Part shown: positions 1-19,582 of the stretch, in pieces
Numbering within the stretch: the first letter of the stretch is position 1
How the letters are laid out: every line of letters begins with the position of its first letter
Notes under the pieces: generated by a model
Told to the model about the DNA's origin: nothing
The model's input: the letters and a program-made list of their open reading frames with translations, nothing else
The model's database searches: none
Assembly: GCA_963771355.1 (NCBI GenBank)
Contig: CAVYTA010000006.1
Span: 2,208,001 to 2,272,000, forward strand
DNA length: 64,000 nucleotides
Reading direction: 5' to 3'
From: an uncultured Candidatus Rokubacteria bacterium
Lineage (GTDB): Bacteria > Methylomirabilota > Methylomirabilia > Rokubacteriales > CSP1-6
Translations under genes and position numbers: made by a program

Positions 1-262
1 CCGCGTGCCCCGGACAATCTATGTGCGCGTAGTGCCGCTTCGCCGTCTCGTACTCCACGTGCGACACCGCGATCGTGATCCCCCGCTCCCGCTCTTCCGG
101 CGCGTTGTCGATCGTCCCGTAGTCCCGCACCGCCACCCCAGAGAACTTCGTGTGCAGTACCTTCGTGATCGCCGCCGTCAACGTCGTCTTGCCGTGGTCG
201 ATGTGCCCAATCGTCCCCACGTTCACGTGCGGCTTCGTCCGATCAAACTTCGCCTTGGCCAT
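1..262 (-). CDS. tuf: Elongation factor Tu, second copy (5' part only, truncated by window edge)
   Basis: ATG at 262 reads [27 protein letters not shown]; identical by eye to 16084-16345; lies directly downstream of fusA. Confidence 0.97.
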   Translation of the reverse strand, partial: MAKAKFDRTKPHVNVGTIGHIDHGKTTLTAAITKVLHTKFSGVAVRDYGTIDNAPEERERGITIAVSHVEYETAKRHYAHIDCPGHA

Positions 263-284
263 GATCCTCTCCTGTGGGAGCGCG

Positions 285-2393
285 CTAGCGGGAGCCCGCG
301 CGCGGCGCGGCCTTGCCCGCGACCTTCGCCATGATCTCCTCGGCGATGGGTCGCGGCACCTCTTCGTAGCGGGCGAACTGCATGGTGTAGGTGGCCCGTC
401 CCTGCGTCATGGAGCGGACGTCCGTGGCATAGCCGAACATCTGGCCGAGGGGCACGTTGGCGCGGATGACCTGGGCGCTGGCGCGCGCGTCCATCGAGAT
501 GATCTTGCCGCGCCGGCTGTTGAGGTCGCCCACCACCGCGCCCTGGAACTCGGAGGGGGTCACCACCTCGACGTCCATCACCGGCTCGAGGAGCACGGGC
601 TTCGCCTTCCGCGCCGCCTCCTTGAACCCCATGGAGCCGGCGATCTTGAAGGCCATCTCGTTGGAGTCCACCTCGTGGTAGCTCCCGTCGGTGAGCGACA
701 CCTTCACGTCCACCATGGGATAGCCGGCGAGGATGCCGGTCTCCGCCGCTTCCTTCACGCCCTTTTCCACCGCGGGCACGTATTCGCGGGGGATGGCGGG
801 GCCCTTCAGCTTGTTCTCGAACACGACGCCGGCGCCGGGCGTCGAGGGCTCGACCTCCAGCCACACGTCCCCGTACTGGCCACGTCCGCCGGTCTGCCGC
901 ACGAACCGCCCCTGCGCCTCCGCCTTCTGGCGAATGGTCTCGCGGTAGGCGACCTGCGGCTTGCCCACGTTGGCCTCGACCTTGAACTCCCGCAGGAGCC
1001 GGTCGACGATGATCTCGAGGTGCAGCTCGCCCATCCCGTGGATCAGGGTCTGGTTGGTCTCGGGATCCACGTTGACCTTGAAGGTCGGATCCTCGAGGGC
1101 GAGACGGGCCAGGGACAGCCCCAGCTTCTCCTCGTCGGCCTTGGTCTTGGGCTCGATGGCGACGGCGATGACCGGGGTGGGAAAGTCCATGGACTCGAGG
1201 ACGATCGGCTTGGTGGGATCGCAGAGGGTGTCACCGGTCCGGGTGTCCTTGAGACCGACCACCGCGGCGATGTCGCCCGCGGACACCGATTCGATGTCCT
1301 CGCGGTCGTTGGCGTGCATCCGGACCAGGCGGCCCACGCGCTCCTTGCGGTCGCGGGTGGAGTTGTAGACGCCGGAGCCGGCGCTCAGGGTCCCCGAGTA
1401 CACGCGCACGAAGACGAGCTGGCCCACGAACTTGTCGTTCATGATCTTGAAGGCCAGCGCGGAGAAGGGGGACTTGGGATCGGGCACGCGGGGCTCCGCC
1501 ACGCTGGTCTCGGGATTGACGCCGGTGATGGGCGGAACGTCGAGCGGCGACGGGAGGTAGTCGACCACCGCGTCGAGCATGGGCTGCACACCCTTGTTCT
1601 TGAACGAGGCGCCGCAGATGACGGGGAAGATCTTCATGGAGATGGTGCCGGCGCGGACGGCAGTCCGGATCTCCTCGGGGGTGATCTTCTCGCCGCTGAG
1701 GTACTTCTCCAGGAGGTGGTCGTCCACCTCGGCGAGCCCCTCGATCATCTTCTCGCGATACTCCTTCACCTGTTCTTGCATGTCGGCGGGGATGGGCTCG
1801 GTGGTGAACTTCTGCCCGAGGCTCTCATCGTCGATCCAGACGTAGGCGACCTCGTCGATGAGGTTCACCACACCGCGGAACTTGTCCTCGCGGCCGATGG
1901 GGAGCTGGATGGGCACCGCGTGGGCGCCCAGACGCTCCTTGAGCATGGAGAGGCAGCGGAAGTAGTCGGCGCCCACCCGGTCCATCTTGTTGACGTAGAC
2001 GATGCGGGGAACCTCGTACTTGTCGGCCTGGCGCCACACCGTCTCCGTCTGGGGCTCCACGCCGGACACTGCGTCGAGGATGGCAATGGCCCCGTCGAGC
2101 ACGCGGAGGGACCGCTCGACCTCCATGGTGAAGTCGACGTGACCCGGGGTGTCGATGATGTTGATACGGCAGTCGCGCCAGAAGCTGGTGGTGGCGGCGG
2201 ACGTGATGGTGATGCCGCGCTCCTGCTCCTGCACCATCCAGTCCATGGTGGCGGTACCCTCGTGCACCTCGCCGATCTTGTAGGACCGGCCGGTGTAATA
2301 GAGCACGCGCTCGGTGGTGGTGGTCTTCCCGGCATCGATGTGCGCCATGATGCCGATGTTCCGGGTCTTCTCCAGCGGGTACTGCGTCTCCAC
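285..2393 (-). CDS. fusA: Elongation factor G
   Basis: [28 protein letters not shown] and DTPGHVDF motifs; start placed at GTG 2393 behind a purine-rich RBS rather than at ORF start 2477. Confidence 0.97.
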   Translation of the reverse strand: METQYPLEKTRNIGIMAHIDAGKTTTTERVLYYTGRSYKIGEVHEGTATMDWMVQEQERGITITSAATTSFWRDCRINIIDTPGHVDFTMEVERSLRVLDGAIAILDAVSGVEPQTETVWRQADKYEVPRIVYVNKMDRVGADYFRCLSMLKERLGAHAVPIQLPIGREDKFRGVVNLIDEVAYVWIDDESLGQKFTTEPIPADMQEQVKEYREKMIEGLAEVDDHLLEKYLSGEKITPEEIRTAVRAGTISMKIFPVICGASFKNKGVQPMLDAVVDYLPSPLDVPPITGVNPETSVAEPRVPDPKSPFSALAFKIMNDKFVGQLVFVRVYSGTLSAGSGVYNSTRDRKERVGRLVRMHANDREDIESVSAGDIAAVVGLKDTRTGDTLCDPTKPIVLESMDFPTPVIAVAIEPKTKADEEKLGLSLARLALEDPTFKVNVDPETNQTLIHGMGELHLEIIVDRLLREFKVEANVGKPQVAYRETIRQKAEAQGRFVRQTGGRGQYGDVWLEVEPSTPGAGVVFENKLKGPAIPREYVPAVEKGVKEAAETGILAGYPMVDVKVSLTDGSYHEVDSNEMAFKIAGSMGFKEAARKAKPVLLEPVMDVEVVTPSEFQGAVVGDLNSRRGKIISMDARASAQVIRANVPLGQMFGYATDVRSMTQGRATYTMQFARYEEVPRPIAEEIMAKVAGKAAPRAGSR

Positions 2394-2485
2394 GTGACTC
2401 TCTCTTCCCTTTTCCGGTGCCGCGCTCAAGCTATACAAGCGAAGAGGGGGGTCGAGGACTCGGCCCCCCTCCGCCAACTCGGGCG

Positions 2486-2953
2486 CTACCAGCGATAGTG
2501 CGCGAACGCCTTGTTGGCTTCCGCCATCTTGTGAGTGTCTTCTCGCTTCTTCACCGCCGCTCCGCGGTTGTTGGCCGCGTCGAGCAGCTCACCGGCAAGC
2601 TTGTCCGCCATGCTCTTCTCCGAGCGCCGGCGCGCGGAGCCGATCAGCCACCGCATGGACAGGGCCACCCGGCGATCCGGGCGCACCTCCACCGGCACCT
2701 GGTAGGTGGAGCCGCCCACCCGCCGCGACTTCACCTCCACCGCGGGCTTGCAGTTGTCCACCGCCGACTTGAACAGCTTCAACGCGTCCTGCTTGGCGCG
2801 CTCTTCCATGTTACCGAGAGCGGAGTACATGATGTGCTCGGCGGTACTCTTCTTGCCGCCGTACATCATCATGTTGACGAACTTCGCCACCAGCCGGCTC
2901 CCGTACTTCGGATCCGGCAGGATCTCCCGATGAACCGCCCCCGCCCGCCGCAT
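2486..2953 (-). CDS. rpsG: 30S ribosomal protein S7
   Basis: [42 protein letters not shown]. Confidence 0.98.
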   Translation of the reverse strand: MRRAGAVHREILPDPKYGSRLVAKFVNMMMYGGKKSTAEHIMYSALGNMEERAKQDALKLFKSAVDNCKPAVEVKSRRVGGSTYQVPVEVRPDRRVALSMRWLIGSARRRSEKSMADKLAGELLDAANNRGAAVKKREDTHKMAEANKAFAHYRW

Positions 2954-2954
2954 C

Positions 2955-3335
2955 CTACGCGCCGCCCTTCGGCTGCTTGGCCCCGTACTTCGACCGGCTT
3001 TGCTTCCGGCCCGCCACGCCCGCGGTGTCCAAGGAGCCGCGAATGATGTGATACCGGATACCCGGCAGATCCTTCACACGGCCGCCCCGGATGAGGACGA
3101 TCGAATGCTCCTGCAGATTGTGGCCGACTCCCGGGATGTACGACGTCACTTCCAGCCCGTTGGTCAGGCGCACCCGCGCGACCTTGCGGAGGGCGGAGTT
3201 CGGCTTCTTGGGCGTGGTGGTGTAGACGCGGATGCAGACGCCCCGCTTCTGCGGGCACGCCTCCATCGCGGGCGTCTTGGACTTCTTGCGCACCGCCTCG
3301 CGGCCCTTCCGGACGAGCTGGTTGATGGTCGGCAT
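2955..3335 (-). CDS. rpsL: 30S ribosomal protein S12
   Basis: [29 protein letters not shown]. Confidence 0.99.
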   Translation of the reverse strand: MPTINQLVRKGREAVRKKSKTPAMEACPQKRGVCIRVYTTTPKKPNSALRKVARVRLTNGLEVTSYIPGVGHNLQEHSIVLIRGGRVKDLPGIRYHIIRGSLDTAGVAGRKQSRSKYGAKQPKGGA

Positions 3336-3372
3336 GGTTCTCCGTTACCGGTGATGACGCCAAAACTCTAAC

Positions 3373-3401
3373 TTTATAACCGAATAGCCCTTGCCTGTCA
3401 A
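3373..3401 (-). promoter_or_regulatory. Sigma70-type promoter of the rpsL-rpsG-fusA-tuf operon
   Basis: Minus strand TTGACA-17 nt-TATAAA upstream of rpsL. Confidence 0.8.
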
Positions 3402-3421
3402 GGTTTTCCGCTGCATCGCCC

Positions 3422-7618
<4,197 letters not shown>

Positions 7619-7701
7619 TCGATGAATCTCCTTTTCCTACGGTTAAAGCGTTCGCCTCGGACGGCGGGGCCCCGCCCCGCGGCGTCCTGCCGCGTCCCTA
7701 C

Positions 7702-11724
<4,023 letters not shown>

Positions 11725-11831
11725 GCTCCCTCCGCGCCTCGGCCGGTCAGGCCGAGGGCTCTACCCGGCCGGTCGGGCCGGGGCCCCCTTCAGAAAGTTT
11801 CGTGTCTAGTCGCTTTCTCCAGGGCGGAGGC

Positions 11832-12215
11832 TTACTTGACTTCGACGCTGGCGCCGACCTCCTCGAGCTTCTTCTTCATGTCGGCCGCCTCCGCCTTGGT
11901 GACCTTCTCCTTCACCGGCTTGGGGGCGCCGTCCACGAGATCCTTGGCTTCCTTGAGGCCGAGCCCGGTGAGCTCGCGCACCACCTTGATGACCTGGATC
12001 TTCTTCTCGCCGGCCGCGTTGAGGATGAGGTCGAACTCGGTCTTCTCCTCCGCCGCCGGGGCCGCCGCGCCGCCGCCCGCCGCGGGCGCCGCCACCGCCA
12101 CCGCCGCCGCCGCCGACACGCCCCACTTCTCCTGCAAGAGCTTCGAGAGCTGGGCCGCCTCGAGCAGCGTCAGTCCGTCCAGCTTCTCGGCAATCTCGTC
12201 GATGTTCGTCGCCAT
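11832..12215 (-). CDS. rplL: 50S ribosomal protein L7/L12
   Basis: Ala-rich hinge, [18 protein letters not shown]. Confidence 0.98.
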   Translation of the reverse strand: MATNIDEIAEKLDGLTLLEAAQLSKLLQEKWGVSAAAAVAVAAPAAGGGAAAPAAEEKTEFDLILNAAGEKKIQVIKVVRELTGLGLKEAKDLVDGAPKPVKEKVTKAEAADMKKKLEEVGASVEVK

Positions 12216-12263
12216 GTCCCTGCCTCCGTTGAGTCTGATTAGAGTGACTGGTGCCGGACCGCG

Positions 12264-12785
12264 CTACTCCGCGGCCCCCTGCTTGCTTCGCGCCTCGATC
12301 ACGCGCACGAGCTGCCCCTGCACCGCGGTGAGCAGCGTGACGAGCTGGCTGAGCGGCCCCTGCAGCGCGCCCACCAGCTGAGCCCGCAGCGCTTCTTTGG
12401 ACGGCAGATCCGCGAGCGACTTGAGCGCGGCGGCCTCGAGGACCTTGCCCTCGACCACCCCCACCTTGATCGTCAGCGCGGGGTTGTTCTTGACGAAGGC
12501 CTGGAGCGCCTTGGCCACCGAGACCGGATCGTGACGGGTATAGGCCACGCCGGTGGGACCGGTCAGGTGCTTGCCGAGACCGTCTAGAGCCGAGTCCTTG
12601 ATCGCGATCCGGGCCAGGCGGTTCTTGACCACCTTGTACTCGGCCGACGCGCCCTTCAGCTGCTTGCGGAGATCCGAGAGCTGCCGCACGGTGAGGCCCC
12701 GGTACTCGGTGAGCACCGCCGTCTGCACCCCGGCGAACCGCTCCTTCAGCTCCGCTACGCTTTCCGTATTCTCGGCATTCGGCAC
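12264..12785 (-). CDS. rplJ: 50S ribosomal protein L10
   Basis: EYRGLTV, KVVKNRLA, LADLPSKE; position between rplA and rplL. Confidence 0.96.
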   Translation of the reverse strand: MPNAENTESVAELKERFAGVQTAVLTEYRGLTVRQLSDLRKQLKGASAEYKVVKNRLARIAIKDSALDGLGKHLTGPTGVAYTRHDPVSVAKALQAFVKNNPALTIKVGVVEGKVLEAAALKSLADLPSKEALRAQLVGALQGPLSQLVTLLTAVQGQLVRVIEARSKQGAAE

Positions 12786-12799
12786 GACTCGACTCCCTC

Positions 12800-13513
12800 C
12801 TAGACCGGCTTCTTGAACTGCGCGGCGACTTTCTGGACGTCCACCTTGATCGCGGGCCCCATGGTGGAGGACACCGTGACCGTGCGCAGGTACTGACCTT
12901 TGGACGCCGACGGCTTGGCCCGGATGATGGCCTCCAGCAGGGCGAGCGCATTGGCCGAGAGCTGCATCTGGTTGAACGAGCGCTTCCCCACCGGGACGTG
13001 CACGTTGCCGGCCTTGTCCACGCGGAACTCCACCTTGCCCGCCTTGGCCTCGCGCACCGCGCGGCTCACGTCGAAGGTCACCGTGCCCAGCTTGGGGTTG
13101 GGCATGAGACCGCGGGGCCCCAGCACCTTGCCGAGCCGGCCCACCTGGCCCATGAGGTCCGGGGTGGCGATCGCGGAGTCGAACTCCAGCCAGCCGCCCT
13201 GCACCCGCTCCACGAGGTCCTCCGCGCCCACCACGTCGGCGCCGGCCTCGCGCGCCTCCCGATCCTTCTCGCCCTTGGCGAACACCACCACCCGCACCGT
13301 CTTGCCGATGCCGTGGGGCAGCACCACCGCGCCCCGCACCATCTGGTCGGCGTGCTTGGGATCCACCCCCAGCCGCAGGGAGAGGTCCACCGTCTCGTCG
13401 AACTTCGCGCGCGGCAGCTTCTCGAGGATGCCGATTGCCTCCTCCACGCCGTGCGCCTTCTCGCGGTCGTAGACCGCCTCCGCCGCCTTCGCTCGCTTGG
13501 TCAGGGTTGGCAT
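12800..13513 (-). CDS. rplA: 50S ribosomal protein L1
   Basis: [28 protein letters not shown]. Confidence 0.98.
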   Translation of the reverse strand: MPTLTKRAKAAEAVYDREKAHGVEEAIGILEKLPRAKFDETVDLSLRLGVDPKHADQMVRGAVVLPHGIGKTVRVVVFAKGEKDREAREAGADVVGAEDLVERVQGGWLEFDSAIATPDLMGQVGRLGKVLGPRGLMPNPKLGTVTFDVSRAVREAKAGKVEFRVDKAGNVHVPVGKRSFNQMQLSANALALLEAIIRAKPSASKGQYLRTVTVSSTMGPAIKVDVQKVAAQFKKPV

Positions 13514-13570
13514 GTCGTGTCAGACTCCTGTGCGTCCTCTGCGAACGTGCGTCGCGCTATGATTTCCATC

Positions 13571-13672
13571 AGCGGGGCCCCGACATGGCCCCCGCTCTCC
13601 CCCAGTCCGCGGCCGACCCGTGGCTCCCCGCTCTCCCCCAGTCCGGGGACGACCCATGGCTCCCCGCACTCC
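13571..13672. repeat. Intergenic degenerate tandem repeat (about 35-36 bp x 2.5) with a leading GC hairpin, between rplK and rplA
   Basis: Units start at 13584 (catggcccccgctctcccccagtccg), 13619 (cgtggctccccgctctcccccagtccg) and 13655 (catggctccccgcactcc). Confidence 0.8.
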
Positions 13673-13693
13673 GCCGCGTGCGCCGGCGGCGCA

Positions 13694-14116
13694 CTAGACA
13701 ACGTCAATCCCCATGCTGCGGGCGGTGCCTTCGACGGTCCGCATCGCGGACTCGATGGAGTCGGTATTGAGGTCCACCAGCTTGGTCTGCGCGATCTCCC
13801 GGACCTGGGCCCGGGTGACCTTGCCGATCTTGTCCTTGTGCGGCACCGCGGAGGCCTTGGCGATGCCCGCCGCCCGCTTGAGCAGGATGGCGGCCGGCGG
13901 GGTCTTCACCACGAAGGTGAAAGACCGGTCCTGATAGATGGTCACCACCACCGGGAGGATGAGCCCTTCCTGGTTGCCGGTCTGGGCGTTGAAGCCCTTG
14001 CAGAACTCCATGATGTTGACGCCGTGCTGGCCGAGCGCCGGACCCACCGGCGGCGAAGGGTTCGCCTTCCCGGCCGTAATCTGGAGCTTCACCATCGCCT
14101 GGACTTTCTTTGCCAT
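13694..14116 (-). CDS. rplK: 50S ribosomal protein L11
   Basis: [26 protein letters not shown]. Confidence 0.99.
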   Translation of the reverse strand: MAKKVQAMVKLQITAGKANPSPPVGPALGQHGVNIMEFCKGFNAQTGNQEGLILPVVVTIYQDRSFTFVVKTPPAAILLKRAAGIAKASAVPHKDKIGKVTRAQVREIAQTKLVDLNTDSIESAMRTVEGTARSMGIDVV

Positions 14117-14119
14117 GTC

Positions 14120-14674
14120 TCAGAGCCTTTCGACCTGGTAGTACTCGAGTTCCACCGGCGTCATGCGCCCGAAGATCGCCACCATCACCTTGAGCTTGCC
14201 CCGCTCGGGGTTGAGGTCGTCGATGGTCCCCTGGAAGTTCACGAAGGGCCCCTCGATCACCCGCACCTTGTCGCCCTTCTGGAAGGTCGACTTCAGCTTG
14301 GGCTTTTCCGCGCCCTCTTCCATCTGCCGCAGGATCCCCTCCACCTCTTCGGGCGGAAGGGGTACCGGCTTGTTGCCGGAGCCGACGAAGCCCGTCACCT
14401 TCGGCGTCGAGCGCACGAGATGCCAGGTGTCGTCGGTCAGATCCATCTCCACCAGGAGGTAGCCCGGGAAGAATTTCTGCTCGATCTCGATCTTCTTGCT
14501 CTTCCGGATCTCCCGCACCTTCTCTGTCGGCACCACCACCCGGCCGATCATCTCGGAGAGCCCGAAGATCTTGGCCCGGGACTCGATGGCCTGCGCCACC
14601 TTGTTCTCGAACCCCGAATAGGTATGGATGACAAACCACTGCTTCGGCTTGGTGGTGGTCTCAGCGTCACTCAT
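14120..14674 (-). CDS. nusG: Transcription termination/antitermination factor NusG
   Basis: WFVIHTYSGFE, FFPGY, KOW motif GDKVRVIEGPF, IFGRMTPVEL. Confidence 0.98.
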   Translation of the reverse strand: MSDAETTTKPKQWFVIHTYSGFENKVAQAIESRAKIFGLSEMIGRVVVPTEKVREIRKSKKIEIEQKFFPGYLLVEMDLTDDTWHLVRSTPKVTGFVGSGNKPVPLPPEEVEGILRQMEEGAEKPKLKSTFQKGDKVRVIEGPFVNFQGTIDDLNPERGKLKVMVAIFGRMTPVELEYYQVERL

Positions 14675-14862
14675 CGAAGAATGGTCTCCACGATCCGCGA
14701 AAGCCCCACGTCCACCGCTCCCAGGAAAAAGGCCAGGACAAATACCACCACCACCACCACCACCGTGGAGCTCATCACGTCAGCCCGGCTCGGCCAGGAC
14801 ACCCGCCGGAACTCCGCCAGCACCTCGCGGAAGAACTGCTGTCCCCGTCGCAGAAACTCCAT
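14671..14862 (-). CDS. secE: Preprotein translocase subunit SecE
   Basis: EFRRVSWPSR followed by one TM helix; between tRNA-Trp and nusG. Confidence 0.93.
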   Translation of the reverse strand: MEFLRRGQQFFREVLAEFRRVSWPSRADVMSSTVVVVVVVFVLAFFLGAVDVGLSRIVETILR

Positions 14863-14893
14863 GCTCTCTCTCGTCGTATCCCGCTATCGAATC

Positions 14894-14970
14894 TGGCAGG
14901 CGTGGAGGGATTCGAACCCCCATCCCCTGGATTTGGAGTCCAGTGCTCTAGCCGTTAGAGCTACACGCCT
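14894..14970 (-). tRNA. tRNA-Trp (CCA)
   Basis: Cloverleaf; anticodon arm CTGGA-CTCCAAA-TCCAG; GGTTCGAATCC T-arm; encoded CCA. Confidence 0.96.
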
Positions 14971-14995
14971 GCAAGCCGTTGATCCGCGTCCCTGC

Positions 14996-15145
14996 CTACT
15001 TCGATTCCTTGTGCAGCACGTGCTTCCGGCACCACTTGCAAAACTTCTTCAGCTCCATGCGGTCCGGATGCGTGCGCTTGTTCTTGGTGGTCGAGTAGTT
15101 CCGGCGCTGGCAGTCCGTGCAGGCGAGAGAGACGATGTCGCGCAT
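14996..15145 (-). CDS. rpmG: 50S ribosomal protein L33, zinc-ribbon type, 49 aa (not in the ORF track)
   Basis: Manual translation [49 protein letters not shown]. Confidence 0.96.
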   Translation of the reverse strand: MRDIVSLACTDCQRRNYSTTKNKRTHPDRMELKKFCKWCRKHVLHKESK

Positions 15146-15148
15146 CGC

Positions 15149-16345
<1,197 letters not shown>

Positions 16346-16407
16346 GCCGGGGATCCTCCTCGCTCGCTACCGCGCGGTCGTGTCTGTTCTGTCGATGTCG
16401 ATATTGA

Positions 16408-16483
16408 TGGAGCCCATGTCCGGGCTTGAACCGGAGACCTCGTCCTTACCAAGGACGCGCTCTGCCAACTGAGCTACATGGGC
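16408..16483 (-). tRNA. tRNA-Thr (GGT)
   Basis: Anticodon arm CGTCC-TTGGTAA-GGACG; T-arm GGTTCAAG; CCA end. Confidence 0.95.
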
Positions 16484-16524
16484 GCTCGTTCCGACCCATC
16501 CAGTGCTGCCCCAGGTCCTGGGGC

Positions 16525-16599
16525 TGGAGCGGGAAACGGGATTCGAACCCGCGACCCCCAGCTTGGAAGGCTGGCGCTCTACCGCTGAGCTATTCCCGC
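16525..16599 (-). tRNA. tRNA-Gly (TCC)
   Basis: GCGGGAATAGCTCAG...CCAGC-CTTCCAA-GCTGG...GGTTCGAATCCCGTTTCCCGCTCCA. Confidence 0.96.
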
Positions 16600-16635
16600 C
16601 TGCCGACTCGGTGCGCCCCGCGAGGACCCTGCAAG

Positions 16636-16721
16636 TGGTGGGGAGAGGAGGATTTGAACCTCCGAAGGCGTTCGCCAGCAGATTTACAGTCTGCCCCCTT
16701 TGGCCACTTGGGTATCTCCCC
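16636..16721 (-). tRNA. tRNA-Tyr (GTA)
   Basis: GCAGA-CTGTAAA-TCTGC anticodon arm; long variable arm; CCA end. Confidence 0.96.
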
Positions 16722-16769
16722 GCTGTTCGCCCCAGGACTACAACTCCTTGATCTTACGGTTGAAAAGAC

Positions 16770-16844
16770 TGGCGCTGGCGGGAGGATTTGAACCCCCGAC
16801 CCACTGCTTACAAGGCAGTTGCTCTGCCCCTGAGCTACGCCAGC
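16770..16844 (-). tRNA. tRNA-Thr (TGT)
   Basis: ACTGC-CTTGTAA-GCAGT anticodon arm; GGTTCAAATCC; CCA end; completes the classic Thr-Tyr-Gly-Thr-tuf cluster. Confidence 0.95.
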
Positions 16845-16858
16845 AGTCGCAAAACTTC

Positions 16859-16887
16859 ACTCTATTTACGAGCCCTTGACAAGTCAA
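16859..16887 (-). promoter_or_regulatory. Sigma70-type promoter of the tRNA-tuf operon
   Basis: Minus strand TTGACT-17 nt-TAGAGT just upstream of tRNA-Thr(TGT). Confidence 0.75.
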
Positions 16888-17654
16888 GGCCTTTTTGATC
16901 CTGGGGCCGCCATCCGCTGCCGCACGACCTCATAGCAGAGCGCGGTCGCTGCGGCCGACACATTCAACGAGCCGATCTTCCCCCGCATCGGCAAGGTGAG
17001 CAGCATATCGCACGTCCGGGTGACCAGGGGACGCAGGCCTTCCCCCTCTCCACCAAGAACCAGACACACGGGCGCCGTCAAGTCCACGCTCCAGGGGTCC
17101 CGGCCTCCCTGCTGGGCGGCTCCCATCACCCAGATCGACTCTTTCTTCAGTAATTCAAGCGCTTGGACCATGTTGGTCTCGCGAGCGACCGGGATGTGCT
17201 CCAGTGCCCCCATGGCCGCCTTCGCCACCGCCGGCGTGAGCCCGGCCGCCTGGTGCTTGGGAAGGATGACCCCGTGCGCCCCCGTGGCCTCGGCGCTGCG
17301 GAGCACGGCCCCCAGGTTACGCGGATCCTGGATACGATCCAGCGCCAGGAAGAAGGCGGGCTCGCCCCGCTCCCCCGGCACGCGGAGCAGGTCATCCAGC
17401 GAGGCGTAGGACGCCTCCGCCACGCGCGCCACCACGCCCTGATGATGGGGCGTCCCCGCCATGGCGGTGAGCTGCTCGCGCGTCCGGTAGGACACCTTCA
17501 CCTGCCGGTTCCGCGCCAGCGTCAGCAGCTCCTGCAGGGCCGGGCCGCGGCCTTCCGACAGGATGGCCAGCTCGTCCACGCTCCGCCCGGCCGCGCGGAG
17601 CGCCTCGAGCACCGGATTGCGGCCGAACAGCGGAGCCGCCTCGCGCTCGGTCAC
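16884..17654 (-). CDS. rlmB: 23S rRNA (Gm2251) 2'-O-methyltransferase, SpoU family
   Basis: LFGRNPVLEAL, HQGVVA, DRIQDPRNLGAVLRSA, GGEGEGL, SLNVSAA; GTG start overlaps the canonical cysS stop (GTGA). Confidence 0.93.
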   Translation of the reverse strand: MTEREAAPLFGRNPVLEALRAAGRSVDELAILSEGRGPALQELLTLARNRQVKVSYRTREQLTAMAGTPHHQGVVARVAEASYASLDDLLRVPGERGEPAFFLALDRIQDPRNLGAVLRSAEATGAHGVILPKHQAAGLTPAVAKAAMGALEHIPVARETNMVQALELLKKESIWVMGAAQQGGRDPWSVDLTAPVCLVLGGEGEGLRPLVTRTCDMLLTLPMRGKIGSLNVSAAATALCYEVVRQRMAAPGSKRP

Positions 17655-19082
17655 CGGCGCAGCCTCCAGCTCGTTCCCTCGCGCGTGTCCTCGAGGACCA
17701 CGTCCAGCGACTCGAGCTCCGTGCGCACGCCGGTCCGCCTCCGCGAAGTCGCGGCGCTTGCGCGCCTCCTGGCGCAGCCACACCAGGGAGTCGATCTTGG
17801 CCTTGAGCTTGGGATCCACCTCGGCCGCGGGCTCCACCCGGGCCTCGAGAAGGCCCAGGGTGCGGGCCAGCGTCACCAGCTCGCCCACCCCCACGAGGAA
17901 GGCGCCCGCCCCCGCCCGGCCTTCGCTCACCGCGGTGCGCGCGCCCTGGAGCGTCCGGGCGAGGTCGAAGAGCACGCCCAGCGCCTGCGGCGTGTTGAAG
18001 TCGTCGTCCATCGCCGCCTCGAAGCGCTCGCGCTCGCGGGCCACCTCGTCGAAGAGCCCCTGGTCCGGTCCGGGTGGCGGCGTGCCGCGCGCGGCGAGCC
18101 GCTCGGCCTCCGCCACCAGCGCGCGCAGCCGCGCCAGCGCGCGCCCCGACTCCTCGATGCGCTCGGCGCTGAAGTCGAAGGGGTGCCGGTAGTGCGCGCC
18201 GAGGAGATAGATCCGGATGGCCTCCGGATCGTGGCGCTTGACCAGCTCGCGGATGGACAGCGTATTGCCCAGCGACTTCGACATCTTCTCCGCGCCCAGG
18301 TTGAGCAGCCCGTTGTGCGCCCAGTAGCGCGCGAAGGGCTTACCGGTGGCGCCCTCGGACTGCGCGATCTCGCACTCGTGATGCGGAAAGATGAGGTCCT
18401 CGCCGCCGCCGTGGATGTCGAGGGTCTCGCCGAGGTGCTGGCTGGCCATCGCCGAGCACTCGATGTGCCAGCCGGGCCGGCCCGGCCCCCAGGGGCTCGG
18501 CCACGAGGGCTCGCCCGGCTTGGTGGATTTCCACAGCGCGAAGTCGCGCGGGTCGCGCTTGCGCTCGTCCACGTCCACCCGCGCCCCCGCCAGGAGATCG
18601 TCCAGGTTCTTGCCCGACAGCCGCCCGTAGGGCGGGAACTTCCGCACCTCGAAGTAGACGTCGCCGTCCACCGCGTAGGCCAGCCCCTTGGCGATGAGGC
18701 GCTGGATGAGGGCGATCATCTGCGGGATGTGCTCGGTGGCCTTGGGCTCCACGTCGGGCGGCAGCACGCCCAGGGAAGCCATGTCCGCCCGCTCCGCCTC
18801 GATGAAGCGCTCGGAGATCTCGCGCGCGGTGACCCCCTCCGCGTTGGCGCGCCGGATGATCTTGTCGTCCACGTCGGTATAGTTGCGGACGTAGCGGACC
18901 TGATGGCCGCGGAAGCGCAGGTAGCGGCGCATCACGTCGAACACGATGGCGCTGCGCGCGTGTCCGATGTGCGAGTAGTCGTACACCGTGACCCCGCAGA
19001 CGTACATCGTGACCTCGGCGGGAGTCGCGGGGACGAAGTCCTCTTTCCGCCGCGTCAGCGTGTTGTGGATCCGGATCGGCAC
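17651..19082 (-). CDS. cysS: Cysteinyl-tRNA synthetase, with an apparent 1-nt insertion near 17729
   Basis: MYVCGVTVYD, HIGH, GRPGWHIECSAM, KMSKS; canonical tail VRTELESLDVVLEDTREGTSWRLRR* lies in a shifted frame ending at TGA 17651. Confidence 0.93.
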
Positions 19083-19090
19083 GGGGGCTC

Positions 19091-19582
19091 CTAGCTCGTT
19101 GACTTCACTCGGACGGCCACCACCGCCATGGCCGCGATGCCTTCCTCGCGGCCGAGGAGTCCCAGGCCCTCGGGGCTCTTGGCCTTCACGCTCACGCGCC
19201 CGGGCGACAGCTTCAGCGTCTCCGCCAGGCGCGCGGCCATCTGCTCGAGATAGGCGGCCAGTCGGGGCGCCTGACAGAGCACGGTGGCGTCCACGTTGAT
19301 GAGGGTGCCGCCGTTGGCGGTCACCACCTCCATGACACCCCGCAATAGCTCGAGACTCGAGACGCCTCGGTAGCGCGGGTCGGTGTCCGGGAACAGCCGT
19401 CCGAGCTCGCCCAGGGCCAGCGCCCCCAGCAGGGCCTCCGCGACCGCATGCGTGAGGACGTCCGCGTCCGAGTGGCCCTCGAGCCCGCGCGGACCCGGCA
19501 CGGTGACGCCACCCAGGACGAGCGGTCGGCCGGCCACCAGCGGATGCAGATCGAATCCAAATCCAGACCGGACTTCCGTCAT
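19091..19582 (-). CDS. ispF: 2-C-methyl-D-erythritol 2,4-cyclodiphosphate synthase
   Basis: GFDLH, LGGV, GHSDADVLTHA, LLGALALG, FPDTD. Confidence 0.93.
   Translation of the reverse strand: MTEVRSGFGFDLHPLVAGRPLVLGGVTVPGPRGLEGHSDADVLTHAVAEALLGALALGELGRLFPDTDPRYRGVSSLELLRGVMEVVTANGGTLINVDATVLCQAPRLAAYLEQMAARLAETLKLSPGRVSVKAKSPEGLGLLGREEGIAAMAVVAVRVKSTS

Noticed and set aside
2444..2471. Intrinsic terminator between rpsG and fusA
   Set aside because: A GC stem is present but there is no convincing U-tract and it lies inside the str operon; at most a processing or stability hairpin
13584..13672. Mini-CRISPR (36-bp period) or small ORF 13501-13707
   Set aside because: The period leaves no room for spacers; the ORF is just translated repeat with no protein-like features
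16408..16844. Integrative element at the tRNA cluster
   Set aside because: No integrase and no duplicated 3' end of these tRNAs seen; flanks are core genes
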